From Candidatus Sumerlaeales bacterium (GTDB taxonomy: Bacteria; Sumerlaeota; Sumerlaeia; Sumerlaeales; Sumerlaeaceae): a stretch of 64,000 nucleotides of DNA. The position numbers and the translations under genes were made by a program. This document shows positions 1-10,031 of this stretch, piece by piece. Below the pieces are notes generated by a model. The model had not been told where the DNA came from and searched no databases. It saw only the letters and a program-made list of their open reading frames with translations. The stretch covers positions 1-64,000 of the forward strand of contig JBBSQY010000011.1 of the NCBI GenBank assembly GCA_038243585.1, written 5' to 3'. The number at the start of each line of letters is the position of its first letter. The stretch's first letter is position 1.

Positions 1-51
1 ATAAATGAAAAGCGCATCTTACTGAAATTGATTAGCAGCAGTTTATTAATC

Positions 52-413
52 GGGCCTTCAGTCCTTGAATGTTGGGGCAAATAGACCCAGGGCTGGTAAG
101 AAGATCTTGCTGCTTCGCAGTATAAAATCGCACCTTCGGCGCTTGTAAATGGTGGACCCGGAGGGGCTCGGACTCGGGAAGAGTAGACACAGGGAGGTGC
201 TCTGGGCTGGTGAGCTATGCACCGGGCTTTCAGCCCTGAAATAATTTGCATTACTACCTGGGCCTCCGACCCAGGCTGGTATGCGGTCGAGCCTTCGGCC
301 CTTTATGGAAATACACTAGGAATTTTCAACCATGTTAGATTTGACCAATGACAAGGGCGGTGCCCTGGGCTGGTAAGAAGATCTTGCTGCTTTGCAGCAC
401 AAATCACACGTTC
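52..413. repeat. Cluster of REP-like imperfect palindromes plus a direct repeat
   Basis: The 26-mer gggctggtaagaagatcttgctgctt is identical at 90-115 and 367-392. Related short palindromes: gggccttcagtcct (52-65), gggctttcagccct (224-237), gagccttcggccct (289-302), cctgggcctccgacccagg (257-275). Confidence 0.7.
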
Positions 414-471
414 AACCCGCCTCGACGTTCCCCATTGACAGCCGCGCCCTTGCCCGCCACCTATTACGTCC

Positions 472-1347
<876 letters not shown>

Positions 1348-1372
1348 GACAGGTGGAGGGGGAACAGGCGAA

Positions 1373-1803
1373 ATGACCGGCAACGCTGAAATGATTCGCA
1401 CCCAAATCCAGACCCGTGGGATAACGAATATCCGCGTCATAGATGCTCTCACCCGTACCGACCGCCGCATGTTTGTGCCCGATGAACAGGCCAGCCATGC
1501 CTATGAAGATCACCCCATCCCTCTCATGCCCGGCTCTACCGTTTCCCAGCCCTACATCGTCGCCCTTATGACTGACCTCCTCGATGTCCAGCCCCACCAC
1601 CGGGTCCTCGAAATCGGCAGCGGCAGCGGGTATCAGGCCGCCGTTTTGTCACTGCTGGCCAAGGAAATCTGGGCGTTGGAGGTTCAGCCGGAGATGGTGG
1701 CCCCCGCCAGGAGCTGGAGATCATAACCAAGAGTGAAACCAATGAAATAACCAGAACCACCCATTCCAGTGTCCAGTTTGTGCCTTTAGTAAAGGGCGCG
1801 TGA
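1373..1803 (+). pseudogene. pcm: Protein-L-isoaspartate O-methyltransferase, internally deleted and frameshifted
   Basis: The N-terminal part (AYED.P, TVSQPYIVALM, VLEIGSGSGYQAAVL) stops at 1726. A PCM-type C-terminus GGPRQELEIITK...SVQFVPLVKGA* lies in another frame at 1696-1803. The middle of the protein is missing. Confidence 0.8.
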
Positions 1804-1903
1804 CTTTGTATCATGAGAATTTTGTAAGGCCCGGGGGCAGTTGCTTTGAATTTGTATCGTTCTTTAAATGAAGTTTTATAAGCACCCCATTCGATAAAGG
1901 CAT

Positions 1904-3076
1904 GTGATGACAAACGTTGCGACAGCATATACCGTAGCGCTGGACAGCGCGGATGCAGGGAACGATCTGGCCCGGCAGCTGATGGAAGAGCAATCCGGCA
2001 AGGCTCCCGACGCCGTGATTGTATTTGCGTCTCCCCGTTATGATTACCCGGAGCTGCTGCGGGCCCTGCAAGCCGCCGCGAAAACGGACATCATTGTTGG
2101 CTGTTCCTCCGCCGGAGAATTCGCCAATGGGAAAAGAGGCGAAGGGGCCGCTTCCGCCATGGCCATCTCGTCGGAGGATATGAAGTTTTCCGTAGGGGTC
2201 GGACGCGGGTTGCACAATGATATAAAAAGCGCGGCCCGACAGGTATCGTCATCGTTTAACGGTCTCGAAAACTCTGAGTTCCCTCATCGGAGCGCTCTAA
2301 TTCTTGTGGATGCGCTATCCGGTCGCACAGAAGAACTTATAGAAGAATTGACCTCCCTGACCGGCGGCACTTATAAATTTTTTGGCGGTGGAGCGGGAGA
2401 TGATGCGCGTTTCACCACCACGCACGCGTTTGCCGGTGTGGAGGCCATTTCTGACGCCGTCGTTGCATTAGAGATTCTCTCTAAAAAACCCATTGGTGTG
2501 GGTGTGGCTCATGGATGGCTGCCCGCCGGCTCGCCCATGCGAGTCACTGAGGCCGTCGGAAACCGTCTTATCGGAATCAACGCGATTTCCGCCGCTGAAG
2601 CATTTGCTGAGCATGCAGAAGACTCCGACCAGAAGTTTGATCGAAGCGATCCCGTTCCGTTTTTTCTGCACAATGTCATTGGAATTCAAACGGAGAATGG
2701 TTATAAACTTCGGGTGCCTTTAGCAGTTGAAGCCGACGGGACGATCGTTTGCGCGTCGGATATTCCTGAAGGATCTACTATCCGGATAATGAAATCCGGG
2801 GCCCATTCCGCTGCTGAAGCCGCTGCACAGGCGGTGTCTGCCGCCCTTGCACAAACCCACCCGTCGAAGCCGCGAGCAGCACTATTTTTCGATTGTGTGG
2901 CGACTCGTCTCCGGTTAGGCAACGCTTTTGAGGCGGAACTGGGCGCGGTGAAGGGTATGCTGGGACCGAACGTGGCTTATGTCGGCTGTAACACCTATGG
3001 TCAAATCGCCAGGGCAGAAGACCAATTCAGCGGGTTTCATAACTGTACAGCTGTTGTCTGCACGTTTCCGGAGTAG
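1904..3076 (+). CDS. FIST signal transduction protein (FIST_N + FIST_C)
   Basis: IVGCSSAGEF, FGGGAGDD, GVAHGW, FDCVATR and GCNTYGQI...FHNCT motifs typical of FIST. Confidence 0.9.
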   Translation: MMTNVATAYTVALDSADAGNDLARQLMEEQSGKAPDAVIVFASPRYDYPELLRALQAAAKTDIIVGCSSAGEFANGKRGEGAASAMAISSEDMKFSVGVGRGLHNDIKSAARQVSSSFNGLENSEFPHRSALILVDALSGRTEELIEELTSLTGGTYKFFGGGAGDDARFTTTHAFAGVEAISDAVVALEILSKKPIGVGVAHGWLPAGSPMRVTEAVGNRLIGINAISAAEAFAEHAEDSDQKFDRSDPVPFFLHNVIGIQTENGYKLRVPLAVEADGTIVCASDIPEGSTIRIMKSGAHSAAEAAAQAVSAALAQTHPSKPRAALFFDCVATRLRLGNAFEAELGAVKGMLGPNVAYVGCNTYGQIARAEDQFSGFHNCTAVVCTFPE

Positions 3077-3082
3077 TTCATT

Positions 3083-4417
3083 TTGTCGTCAAGAGTCTAC
3101 ACTGATCTCAGCCTACTACTAGTAGACCTACTTGCATCTGACGACAGACACAAAGCCGCGCGTAATCTGGCCGCTGTACTCGGCGCGGACGACCTGATCA
3201 TCTTTATACCGGATCCGGATCTGGAATTACTTTTGCCGGCGGTCGGGTTCCCACAAACTCTGCCAGGGGGACGCGTTTGGAAAACATTTCTGAGCACATG
3301 TACAAACATAAAGTCCGCCTCTGACCAGCTTCCGTCTCCGTACACCGGTGAAATGGTATCCGTAGTAACAGTCAGCGGAACCACGGGAGTTGTGTTAGCC
3401 CTGCTTGGGGGTCAGCCCATCGATAGCCTGATGCGGGATCTGGTAAATCCGCTTTCCCTGGCGGGGCAGGCACTGGAGAAAGAACGACAACTTCAGCTTA
3501 TTAACGCCCAGCTGCTTCAGATAAGCAGCGAGGTAAAAAGTGCGCGGGTGCTTACGACAGTGCTTGATCAACTTCGCCGCGAGCTGGAAACTGCGCTGGA
3601 ATCTGCGGGACGCGAAACGGCGATCGCCGAGGCGGCTAAAAAAGATGTATTAAAAGCCAATGAAGAGCTTGCCGTAGCACGGGATCAGGCCCTGGCGGCA
3701 AGTCATTCCAAAGGCGCATTTCTGGCCAATATGAGCCATGAGCTCCGTACCCCTTTGACTGCGATAATTGGATACTCAGAAATGTTGCAGGACGAAATCA
3801 CCGAAGCGCGCACCATTCAGGATCTCCAACACATCAACGATGCTGGCCAACATTTGCTGGCCTTGGTAAACGACATCCTGGATATGGCTAAAATCGAAGC
3901 TGGTCATGTGGAATTGCACGCTGAGGCTTTTGAGGCGGAAGTGGTGATTAATGAAGCAGTTCAAATTGTCGCACCGCAAATGGCGGCCGGGGGCAATTCG
4001 TGTGAAGTGATAATCGGACCCGATATCCCACCTCTTTTCACCGATCATAATAAGCTTCGGCAAATACTTCTCAATCTCCTGAGCAACGCGGCCAAGTTTA
4101 CAAAAAACGGTACGGTGACTTTTACGACGAGTTACGATAAGGCGACAGATCTTATCTGTTTTTCGATTGTGGACACGGGAATCGGAATGTCTGCCGAAGC
4201 AATGCCGCGTCTGTTCAAAGAGTTTAGCCAACTGGATGACTCGAGCACAAAAACGGCCCCCGGAACAGGCCTGGGGCTAGCTATTACCAAACGGCTGTGT
4301 GAGTTGTTTGGCGGACAAATAACCGTGGAAAGCAAGCTTGGCGAGGGTTCCACCTTCCGCGTGGAAATCCCGCCGCGGCTTCCGTCAGAACAAAAGCAGG
4401 GGCAGCATAAGAAATAG
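3083..4417 (+). CDS. Cytoplasmic sensor histidine kinase (HisKA + HATPase), no receiver
   Basis: FLANMSHELRTPL H-box, LLNLLSNAAKFT N-box, DTGIG and GTGLGLAI G-boxes; starts 6 bp after the FIST gene with a TTG. Confidence 0.9.
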   Translation: MSSRVYTDLSLLLVDLLASDDRHKAARNLAAVLGADDLIIFIPDPDLELLLPAVGFPQTLPGGRVWKTFLSTCTNIKSASDQLPSPYTGEMVSVVTVSGTTGVVLALLGGQPIDSLMRDLVNPLSLAGQALEKERQLQLINAQLLQISSEVKSARVLTTVLDQLRRELETALESAGRETAIAEAAKKDVLKANEELAVARDQALAASHSKGAFLANMSHELRTPLTAIIGYSEMLQDEITEARTIQDLQHINDAGQHLLALVNDILDMAKIEAGHVELHAEAFEAEVVINEAVQIVAPQMAAGGNSCEVIIGPDIPPLFTDHNKLRQILLNLLSNAAKFTKNGTVTFTTSYDKATDLICFSIVDTGIGMSAEAMPRLFKEFSQLDDSSTKTAPGTGLGLAITKRLCELFGGQITVESKLGEGSTFRVEIPPRLPSEQKQGQHKK

Positions 4418-4509
4418 CGGCAGCCGGCTAACTATCGGCCCACAACACCAAAAATAACGCAAAGCGATCGCGTCAGCACTCCCCCGCTGATGCCAGTTAA
4501 ACTTACGCC

Positions 4510-6201
4510 TTACGACCGGTGCGCTAGTGTAAGGCGTCTCCGCCACCATTGGCTCAGGCTGTCCAGGGCTACCACAACGCCAAGTATCATTAGCAGTCCT
4601 GCGGCCGCGCTGGGAAACTCGCGCCATTCAATGTAATACATAAGGTCCTGTCCGATCCCGCCGGCACCAACCACGCCAAGCACGCTGGCGGCGCGAATGT
4701 TGTATTCGAACACGAACAGACACGATCCAATCAGAGCCGGCCGAGCCGCGGGAAACGTGGCCCACACGAAAGTCTGTAGACGACCCGCCCCGAGGGAACG
4801 CAACGCCATGGCCGGGCGATGATCTGCGTCTTCGAGCGCCTCATAAAAAAACTTGGTCAGATAACCGCACGAGTAGCACGCCAGGGCGAAAACGCCGGCC
4901 ACGGGCCCCAGTCCGACAAACGACACAAACAGCAACGCCCAGAATATCGACGGGACAGTTCGAATGGCGTTCAGCAGAAGGCGGAACACGCCCTGCACCC
5001 CGCGCGAACTGATGTTGCGGCTCGCGGGGATAGACAAAGGAAAACTCAGTAAAATGCCCATGGCCGTGCCTAGCAGCGCCATCTGAACCGTCTGCACCAG
5101 ACTCGCGCCGAGCGTTGCCCAGGGTAACGCAACAAATTCTGCCCAGGACTCGGGTACGATTCCCCCCAAAAATCTTACAATTCCGCTGCCGGCGCCGGAA
5201 AATGCGGCGCCTTCCAGATCAAGTGAGGTCGCAGACCAGGCCAGCGCCCCTACTATCGCCGCCATTATCAGTCCCGACATCAACCTCCGCATAAGCGGAG
5301 AATGCTCCGTAACGGATCGATCCTGAACCGCAGCTGATTCCGGCCTGGCACTCGTTGTGGGGGTTTCAGTTCCCACTTCCACTGATGCAACGCGGCTCTC
5401 TGGAGGCAGAAATTCTGCCGCAAAGTGATCAACTGCTCCGGTATTTTCTTTAACGACGGTGTTTGTCCCCCAGGACTGCGAGCCAGACAGATAAGCGTCG
5501 TAGCTTTCCACATCCTCCACCGTCGCATCATGCACTGCCAGGACCCGCTGGAAAAAGCCCCGCGCAATCGCTGGGTCATGGATGGAAATAGCCAGCGCAA
5601 AACCATACTTTTCCTGAAGAGTCTCCAGCAGGTTGAGGGTCCGCCGCACATTGGCCCGGTCCAGGGCCGCGAATGGCTCATCCGCCAACAGCACCCTCGG
5701 ACGGGAAATGAGGGCGCGGGCGATGGCCGCGCGCTGCTTTTGACCGCCGGAAAGCTGGCCGACCGGACGGTCTGCCAGCCGTGAGAGGCCCAGATCTTCC
5801 ATCAGGTCTTCCGCCCGGAGGCGCACCTCTTTCGGAAAAGACCGCAATCCCTGATAAAAGGGGATTTCGCCGAAAAGCCCGCTGCACACATTGTCGCGGC
5901 AGCTCCGCTCCGACACCAGCCGCAAGTCCTGATAGACGAGCGCCACCGTGCCGTTGCGTATGATCTGCCCGCTGTCAACCGCCAGCGACCCCTCCAGCGC
6001 CCGCAGCAGCGTCGTTTTGCCGCCGCCGCTAGGGCCGACAATTCCCACCCGCTCCCCCGCATGAAGGGTAACGGAGGCGCGGTCCAGCGAACACTCTCGG
6101 CATCCGGCGTATTTAATGCAAATGCGCGAAGCGGATAAAACGACAGTGTCCCTGGATCCCGCGCGGGGGGAATCCAGGGACCGTTTAAGCGAAGTTTCCA
6201 T
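4510..6201 (-). CDS. phnCE: Fused phosphate/phosphite/phosphonate ABC ATPase (PhnC-like) and permease (PhnE-like)
   Basis: Walker A GPSGGGKTT, LSGGQ, Walker B VLLADEP and H-loop, then a linker and a PhnE-type TM domain (IRTVP, EYNIRAASVLGVVGAGGIG), all in one frame. Confidence 0.88.
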   Translation of the reverse strand: METSLKRSLDSPRAGSRDTVVLSASRICIKYAGCRECSLDRASVTLHAGERVGIVGPSGGGKTTLLRALEGSLAVDSGQIIRNGTVALVYQDLRLVSERSCRDNVCSGLFGEIPFYQGLRSFPKEVRLRAEDLMEDLGLSRLADRPVGQLSGGQKQRAAIARALISRPRVLLADEPFAALDRANVRRTLNLLETLQEKYGFALAISIHDPAIARGFFQRVLAVHDATVEDVESYDAYLSGSQSWGTNTVVKENTGAVDHFAAEFLPPESRVASVEVGTETPTTSARPESAAVQDRSVTEHSPLMRRLMSGLIMAAIVGALAWSATSLDLEGAAFSGAGSGIVRFLGGIVPESWAEFVALPWATLGASLVQTVQMALLGTAMGILLSFPLSIPASRNISSRGVQGVFRLLLNAIRTVPSIFWALLFVSFVGLGPVAGVFALACYSCGYLTKFFYEALEDADHRPAMALRSLGAGRLQTFVWATFPAARPALIGSCLFVFEYNIRAASVLGVVGAGGIGQDLMYYIEWREFPSAAAGLLMILGVVVALDSLSQWWRRRLTLAHRS

Positions 6202-6271
6202 CAAACAACGTTCTCAATCAAATCAGCTTTCTTGTCACAAATATCCATGTGCAGCAAAGGGCGGCGAAAAC

Positions 6272-7219
6272 TTATTTCGCCACGTCCTGAACCTTTAGCT
6301 TTGTGTCCTGAATGGCCTTTGCCGCGGCGGCCACGTGATCATCGTCCGCTTTAACAAGCTTGCTTGCCCCATACACATCGGCCAGCAACTCTGGGTGAGC
6401 ACCGCTTAGCTCCAGAAGGGCATTCGTCATTTTGTCCTGAAACGCCTGGGGCAGATCGGAACGAATCAATATGCCGTGGGTAGGCACGCCCGGCGTCTCA
6501 GCCAGCACGCGCAGTTTATCACGGTCTTCCTTTTTCAGATACACGTCCGCTTTGGCGCCTTCCATTGTGTAATCGCTTACTGCAGCCACGTCAGCCTGGC
6601 CATTGGCAACGGCCAGGAGAGCACGGTCGTAGCCGCCTCCGAAAGAAACGTTGCTGAAGAAATCTTTAGGATCTTGCCCGGGATTAAGCAGCCCCTCCTG
6701 GATCAGGCGGGCATAGGCAAAAATGTAGCCGGAAGTGCTGGTGGGCGATGTGAACACCATCCGCTTTCCTTTTAAGTCCGCCAGGGTTTTAATAGGAGAA
6801 TCTTTGGCCACGACGAAGATGCTGTCGTAATCAGTCCGTCCATCGCGCTCTTCCGCGACAATCAGGCGAACGGGGGCTTCTGCCTTGGCGAGCAAAAAAG
6901 GCAGCGCGCTGACGTAGGCGAGCTGGGCCTTGTTGCTGACGACCGCCTGCACACTGGCGCCATAACTGCTGGGCACCATTACCTCAACCTCAACCCCGGT
7001 TTTTTCCTGCAGAAAAGCGGCGACTTTATCCGCTGACGCTTTTACGTCCTGCGGATTCTTCTGCTTCTGAAATACGAAAACAATCTTATCCGGCATCACC
7101 GCCGTAGCGGCGGTGGATGTGGTAGCGGCGGTAGATGTTGTGTTCTGGGCGCTAACGGTTGTTGCGGAAACGGCGGCAATGATAAGGCCGCATATGAGTT
7201 TGTTAAGCAAAAGGCACAA
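6272..7219 (-). CDS. phnD: Phosphate/phosphite/phosphonate ABC substrate-binding protein (PhnD family)
   Basis: Signal peptide, Y.SIFVV.KDSPI.TL.DLKGK, PTSTSGY motif; upstream of phnCE. The real start may be the TTG at 7210, given the GAAGGA RBS. Confidence 0.88.
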   Translation of the reverse strand: MCLLLNKLICGLIIAAVSATTVSAQNTTSTAATTSTAATAVMPDKIVFVFQKQKNPQDVKASADKVAAFLQEKTGVEVEVMVPSSYGASVQAVVSNKAQLAYVSALPFLLAKAEAPVRLIVAEERDGRTDYDSIFVVAKDSPIKTLADLKGKRMVFTSPTSTSGYIFAYARLIQEGLLNPGQDPKDFFSNVSFGGGYDRALLAVANGQADVAAVSDYTMEGAKADVYLKKEDRDKLRVLAETPGVPTHGILIRSDLPQAFQDKMTNALLELSGAHPELLADVYGASKLVKADDDHVAAAAKAIQDTKLKVQDVAK

Positions 7220-7415
7220 TCCTTCGAGTCAGAGTTTAGTACGGAGGATACAAGTTAGCAATAAGTAATCCGCAGTGGGACAAAACATAGACACCTGGTA
7301 ACAAATGACTTAAAGTTAAAGTATTTATGCGGGCATTTAAAGATCGGCTGATATCAGCCAGTTGATGGCGTATTAGAACCACTCCGGCATCGTGATCGCG
7401 TACGCGGCGCAGGCG

Positions 7416-7452
7416 AAAAAAAAAGGCATGACCCGATAGGGGTCATGCCTTT
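7416..7452 (-). terminator. Intrinsic terminator
   Basis: Hairpin aaaggcatgaccc/gggtcatgccttt with an A-run at 7416-7424 (U-tract on the minus strand), just downstream of the CDS ending at 7500. Confidence 0.85.
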
Positions 7453-7499
7453 GAGTCTGTTATGTTATAACCGTTACAGCCCGGCGTTTTCGTTTGGTA

Positions 7500-9191
7500 T
7501 TAGTAGATTTCCCATCCGGAAATGCTTGCTACCCCGCCGACAAAGTCTGCTCCGCCGCTTAACGGCGCAGCGTTTGGTGGTTCAGCATTGTCTACGCCGG
7601 CCGTCGCGTAACCGTTATTTTGCACGTCAAGGAACGATGGGTTGGCCGGATAATTACCCCCGCCATTAATGTCTGTCACCAGAAAAACCGGATCGGAATT
7701 GGCGTAGGTGCCGGTTGCAGGATGAGTAGAGTTGACACCCCTCGAGAACGGATTCGAAGCCCGGAACGCATAGCGGCCCTCGGTCAATATCGCAGACCCT
7801 TCCTGGGTTACGATGTTGGTGCCGGCCAGGCGGATGGTGTTGCGGTCAACCGTAGTCGCGGTCGGAGCCGGCGGAACCGGAGTTCCTACGATGCTGCGGT
7901 CGAGTCGTCCGCCCAAAATAGAGTTGCGCAAATGAAGGTTGGTGATTGTCGAGGCTTCAAAGTTGAAGATGCTGCCTGCACCGTTGTGGTTACGCCCGCC
8001 AATTAACGTGGAGTTCGTCAGAAGAATGGTTCCGGTGGTGGCGTATTCCACCTGAAAGACCTGGTTGAGGCACATGAACATGATACAATTGTCCATGGTC
8101 CACCGAATCGAGCCAAAGCCGCGATCGAGTATGCCAACTTTGCTCATATCGGTAATGATCGTGTTTTTGAACTGCCGATAATTGTTGGCTGCGCCGTCAA
8201 ATCTGACCGAGTAATCATTAGAAGCGCGCAGGTGAACAGGGTTTTCTTCGGAGCCTTCAACATTCAGGTCTCCGCAGATGGAGAGCAGATTCGAGGCGAA
8301 GCTGACTCCCGACTTGCCTTCAATGCGCGTGATCCTTGCCTTGGATGGGTCCCCGGCGTCATGCATGACAATGTTCGTCGAAAACCTTTCCGGCTCATCG
8401 GCCGCCGGATGATAATGGCTCTTGAAGTGACTGATGACGGAATCATGAAGGAGAACCTCAACACCGTCACCCTCGGTGATTCCGGGCAGGTAAGTGCGGC
8501 CAAGAATCAGGCCGTGGGCTCCGAACTGAACGACGTATGGATTATATGGCTCGGGACGAGTCGGCGAATCCCCTGGAAAAACAGCGAAAATGCGGCTGCT
8601 AACGGGGTCTGTCACCAGCGGAGCGTGGTCCTCATTGGGGGCGATAACAACGCCGTTCAGTTCCAGGTACAGGTTGTTATTGCGATTTTCAATGGCGCTG
8701 CGCAGACGAGTTTGAAGGGTTGAACTGGTTCCCGGATTGATGTTCATGGAGGGAATAATGTTAAGGTTTTTGAGAATGACGCTCCCTGTGGTGCTGGCCG
8801 CAGGCAGGTCAATCACTATGCCGCCTTCACCGTGGCGAATGATGTCAGGGTCATATTGCGGATATTCCATGAACCCGTTTGGATTGGCCATTAATTCGAG
8901 AGTGGCTTTTGCTTCCGGCCCGTATATGGTCACCGGGGTTTGAATTGTGATGACCACGGCAAAAACACCAGAAACCGTGATCGGGATAACCGTGGTGGTC
9001 GGGTCGCTGTCGGGATCCACCGTAAAATGATTGAGGGCGTTGTCTATCCTGCTATAGGTGGCCCCTGGGTCTGTCTGGTTAACCGTGACGGTTTGCCCGG
9101 ATACCTGCAATGGCAGGGCAAGAGCCGCCAAAGCTGCTGAAAATTGGAATAAGTTCAAGGTGTTTCCTTTCAAAATGGGTTTTGCGTTCAA
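7500..9191 (-). CDS. Secreted protein, probable beta-helix/pectin-lyase-like fold, with C-terminal W-x-I-Y tail
   Basis: Signal peptide (AALAALALPLQVSG-Q), TVTVNQ...YSRIDNAL start, beta-helix-like N/T/I-rich rungs (MDNCIM, LTNSTL, LRNSIL), ends DFVGGVASISGWEIY; GGAGG RBS. Confidence 0.75.
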   Translation of the reverse strand: MNAKPILKGNTLNLFQFSAALAALALPLQVSGQTVTVNQTDPGATYSRIDNALNHFTVDPDSDPTTTVIPITVSGVFAVVITIQTPVTIYGPEAKATLELMANPNGFMEYPQYDPDIIRHGEGGIVIDLPAASTTGSVILKNLNIIPSMNINPGTSSTLQTRLRSAIENRNNNLYLELNGVVIAPNEDHAPLVTDPVSSRIFAVFPGDSPTRPEPYNPYVVQFGAHGLILGRTYLPGITEGDGVEVLLHDSVISHFKSHYHPAADEPERFSTNIVMHDAGDPSKARITRIEGKSGVSFASNLLSICGDLNVEGSEENPVHLRASNDYSVRFDGAANNYRQFKNTIITDMSKVGILDRGFGSIRWTMDNCIMFMCLNQVFQVEYATTGTILLTNSTLIGGRNHNGAGSIFNFEASTITNLHLRNSILGGRLDRSIVGTPVPPAPTATTVDRNTIRLAGTNIVTQEGSAILTEGRYAFRASNPFSRGVNSTHPATGTYANSDPVFLVTDINGGGNYPANPSFLDVQNNGYATAGVDNAEPPNAAPLSGGADFVGGVASISGWEIY

Positions 9192-9208
9192 TGTGTATGC
9201 TGCCTCCG

Positions 9209-9871
9209 TTATTGGAATGAGTGAAGAGATGGTGAACCTTTGATATACCAGATCCCGCCCACGCTCAGAGTGCCGTTGGTGGGATCATAAACGAGTATTT
9301 TTTTCTTTGAGTCGCGAAGCTTTTTTGACGGCCCGGTAGAATCAAAAGCGTACGCGATATTTTTGCCGACCCATTCCACAGGGTAGACGGAAGCGGCAAT
9401 TCTTTCCATTACGGACGTGCCGCGGTAAATGTAGCCTTCCCAAATATCTCCCTCATTATAAGCTTCGTAACGACCGAACGGGCAAACAGCCGGCAAAGAG
9501 GACAGGTAGCTGACCGGACTGGTAAGCTTAAACAACGCGTCATACTTCTTGTTGTACTTCTGTTTAATCGACTCATAATCGGCCAGATTTGTCGTTCCCC
9601 AGCTATCGCTACTATATTGCGGTTGAGAGACATCGGCGGGATTACTGTCGGTCATATATTTGCTGTAGTCTATATGATAAACTTCTGCCCCGGTCGCCAG
9701 CGTTCTCATATCGGCTTTGGCGCGACTGACTTTTGCGCGGGTTTGCGCTTCCAGGAAGTTAGGCACCGCGATAGCGGCGAGGATCGCGATGATGGCCACC
9801 ACGATCAGCAGTTCGATCAGGGTAAAGGCTCTAGCCAGAGAAAAGTCTCCCCTGATCAATATTTTAGTCAT
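9209..9871 (-). CDS. Prepilin-type N-terminal cleavage/methylation protein (type IV pilin/pseudopilin-like)
   Basis: Class III signal A|FTLIELLIVVAIIAILAAIAVPNF with F+1 and E+5; C-terminal YDPTNGT.S.G motif. Confidence 0.92.
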   Translation of the reverse strand: MTKILIRGDFSLARAFTLIELLIVVAIIAILAAIAVPNFLEAQTRAKVSRAKADMRTLATGAEVYHIDYSKYMTDSNPADVSQPQYSSDSWGTTNLADYESIKQKYNKKYDALFKLTSPVSYLSSLPAVCPFGRYEAYNEGDIWEGYIYRGTSVMERIAASVYPVEWVGKNIAYAFDSTGPSKKLRDSKKKILVYDPTNGTLSVGGIWYIKGSPSLHSFQ

Positions 9872-10031
9872 AGTTATGAATCTCTTAATTTAAATTTATA
9901 ATAATAACTAGTAATCGATTCATGGTCTGTCAAATTAAACCAGACCGGGTGATGTCGATATCTTATACAGTTGTGTTAATTCGGGATTTCACAGGCAGTA
10001 GCACCCGCGAAGTGAAGCGAAAAACAATCCT

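Noticed and set aside
7290..7330. Pho-box-like repeats upstream of phnD
   Set aside because: The half-sites are not in 11-bp register, so the match is too weak.
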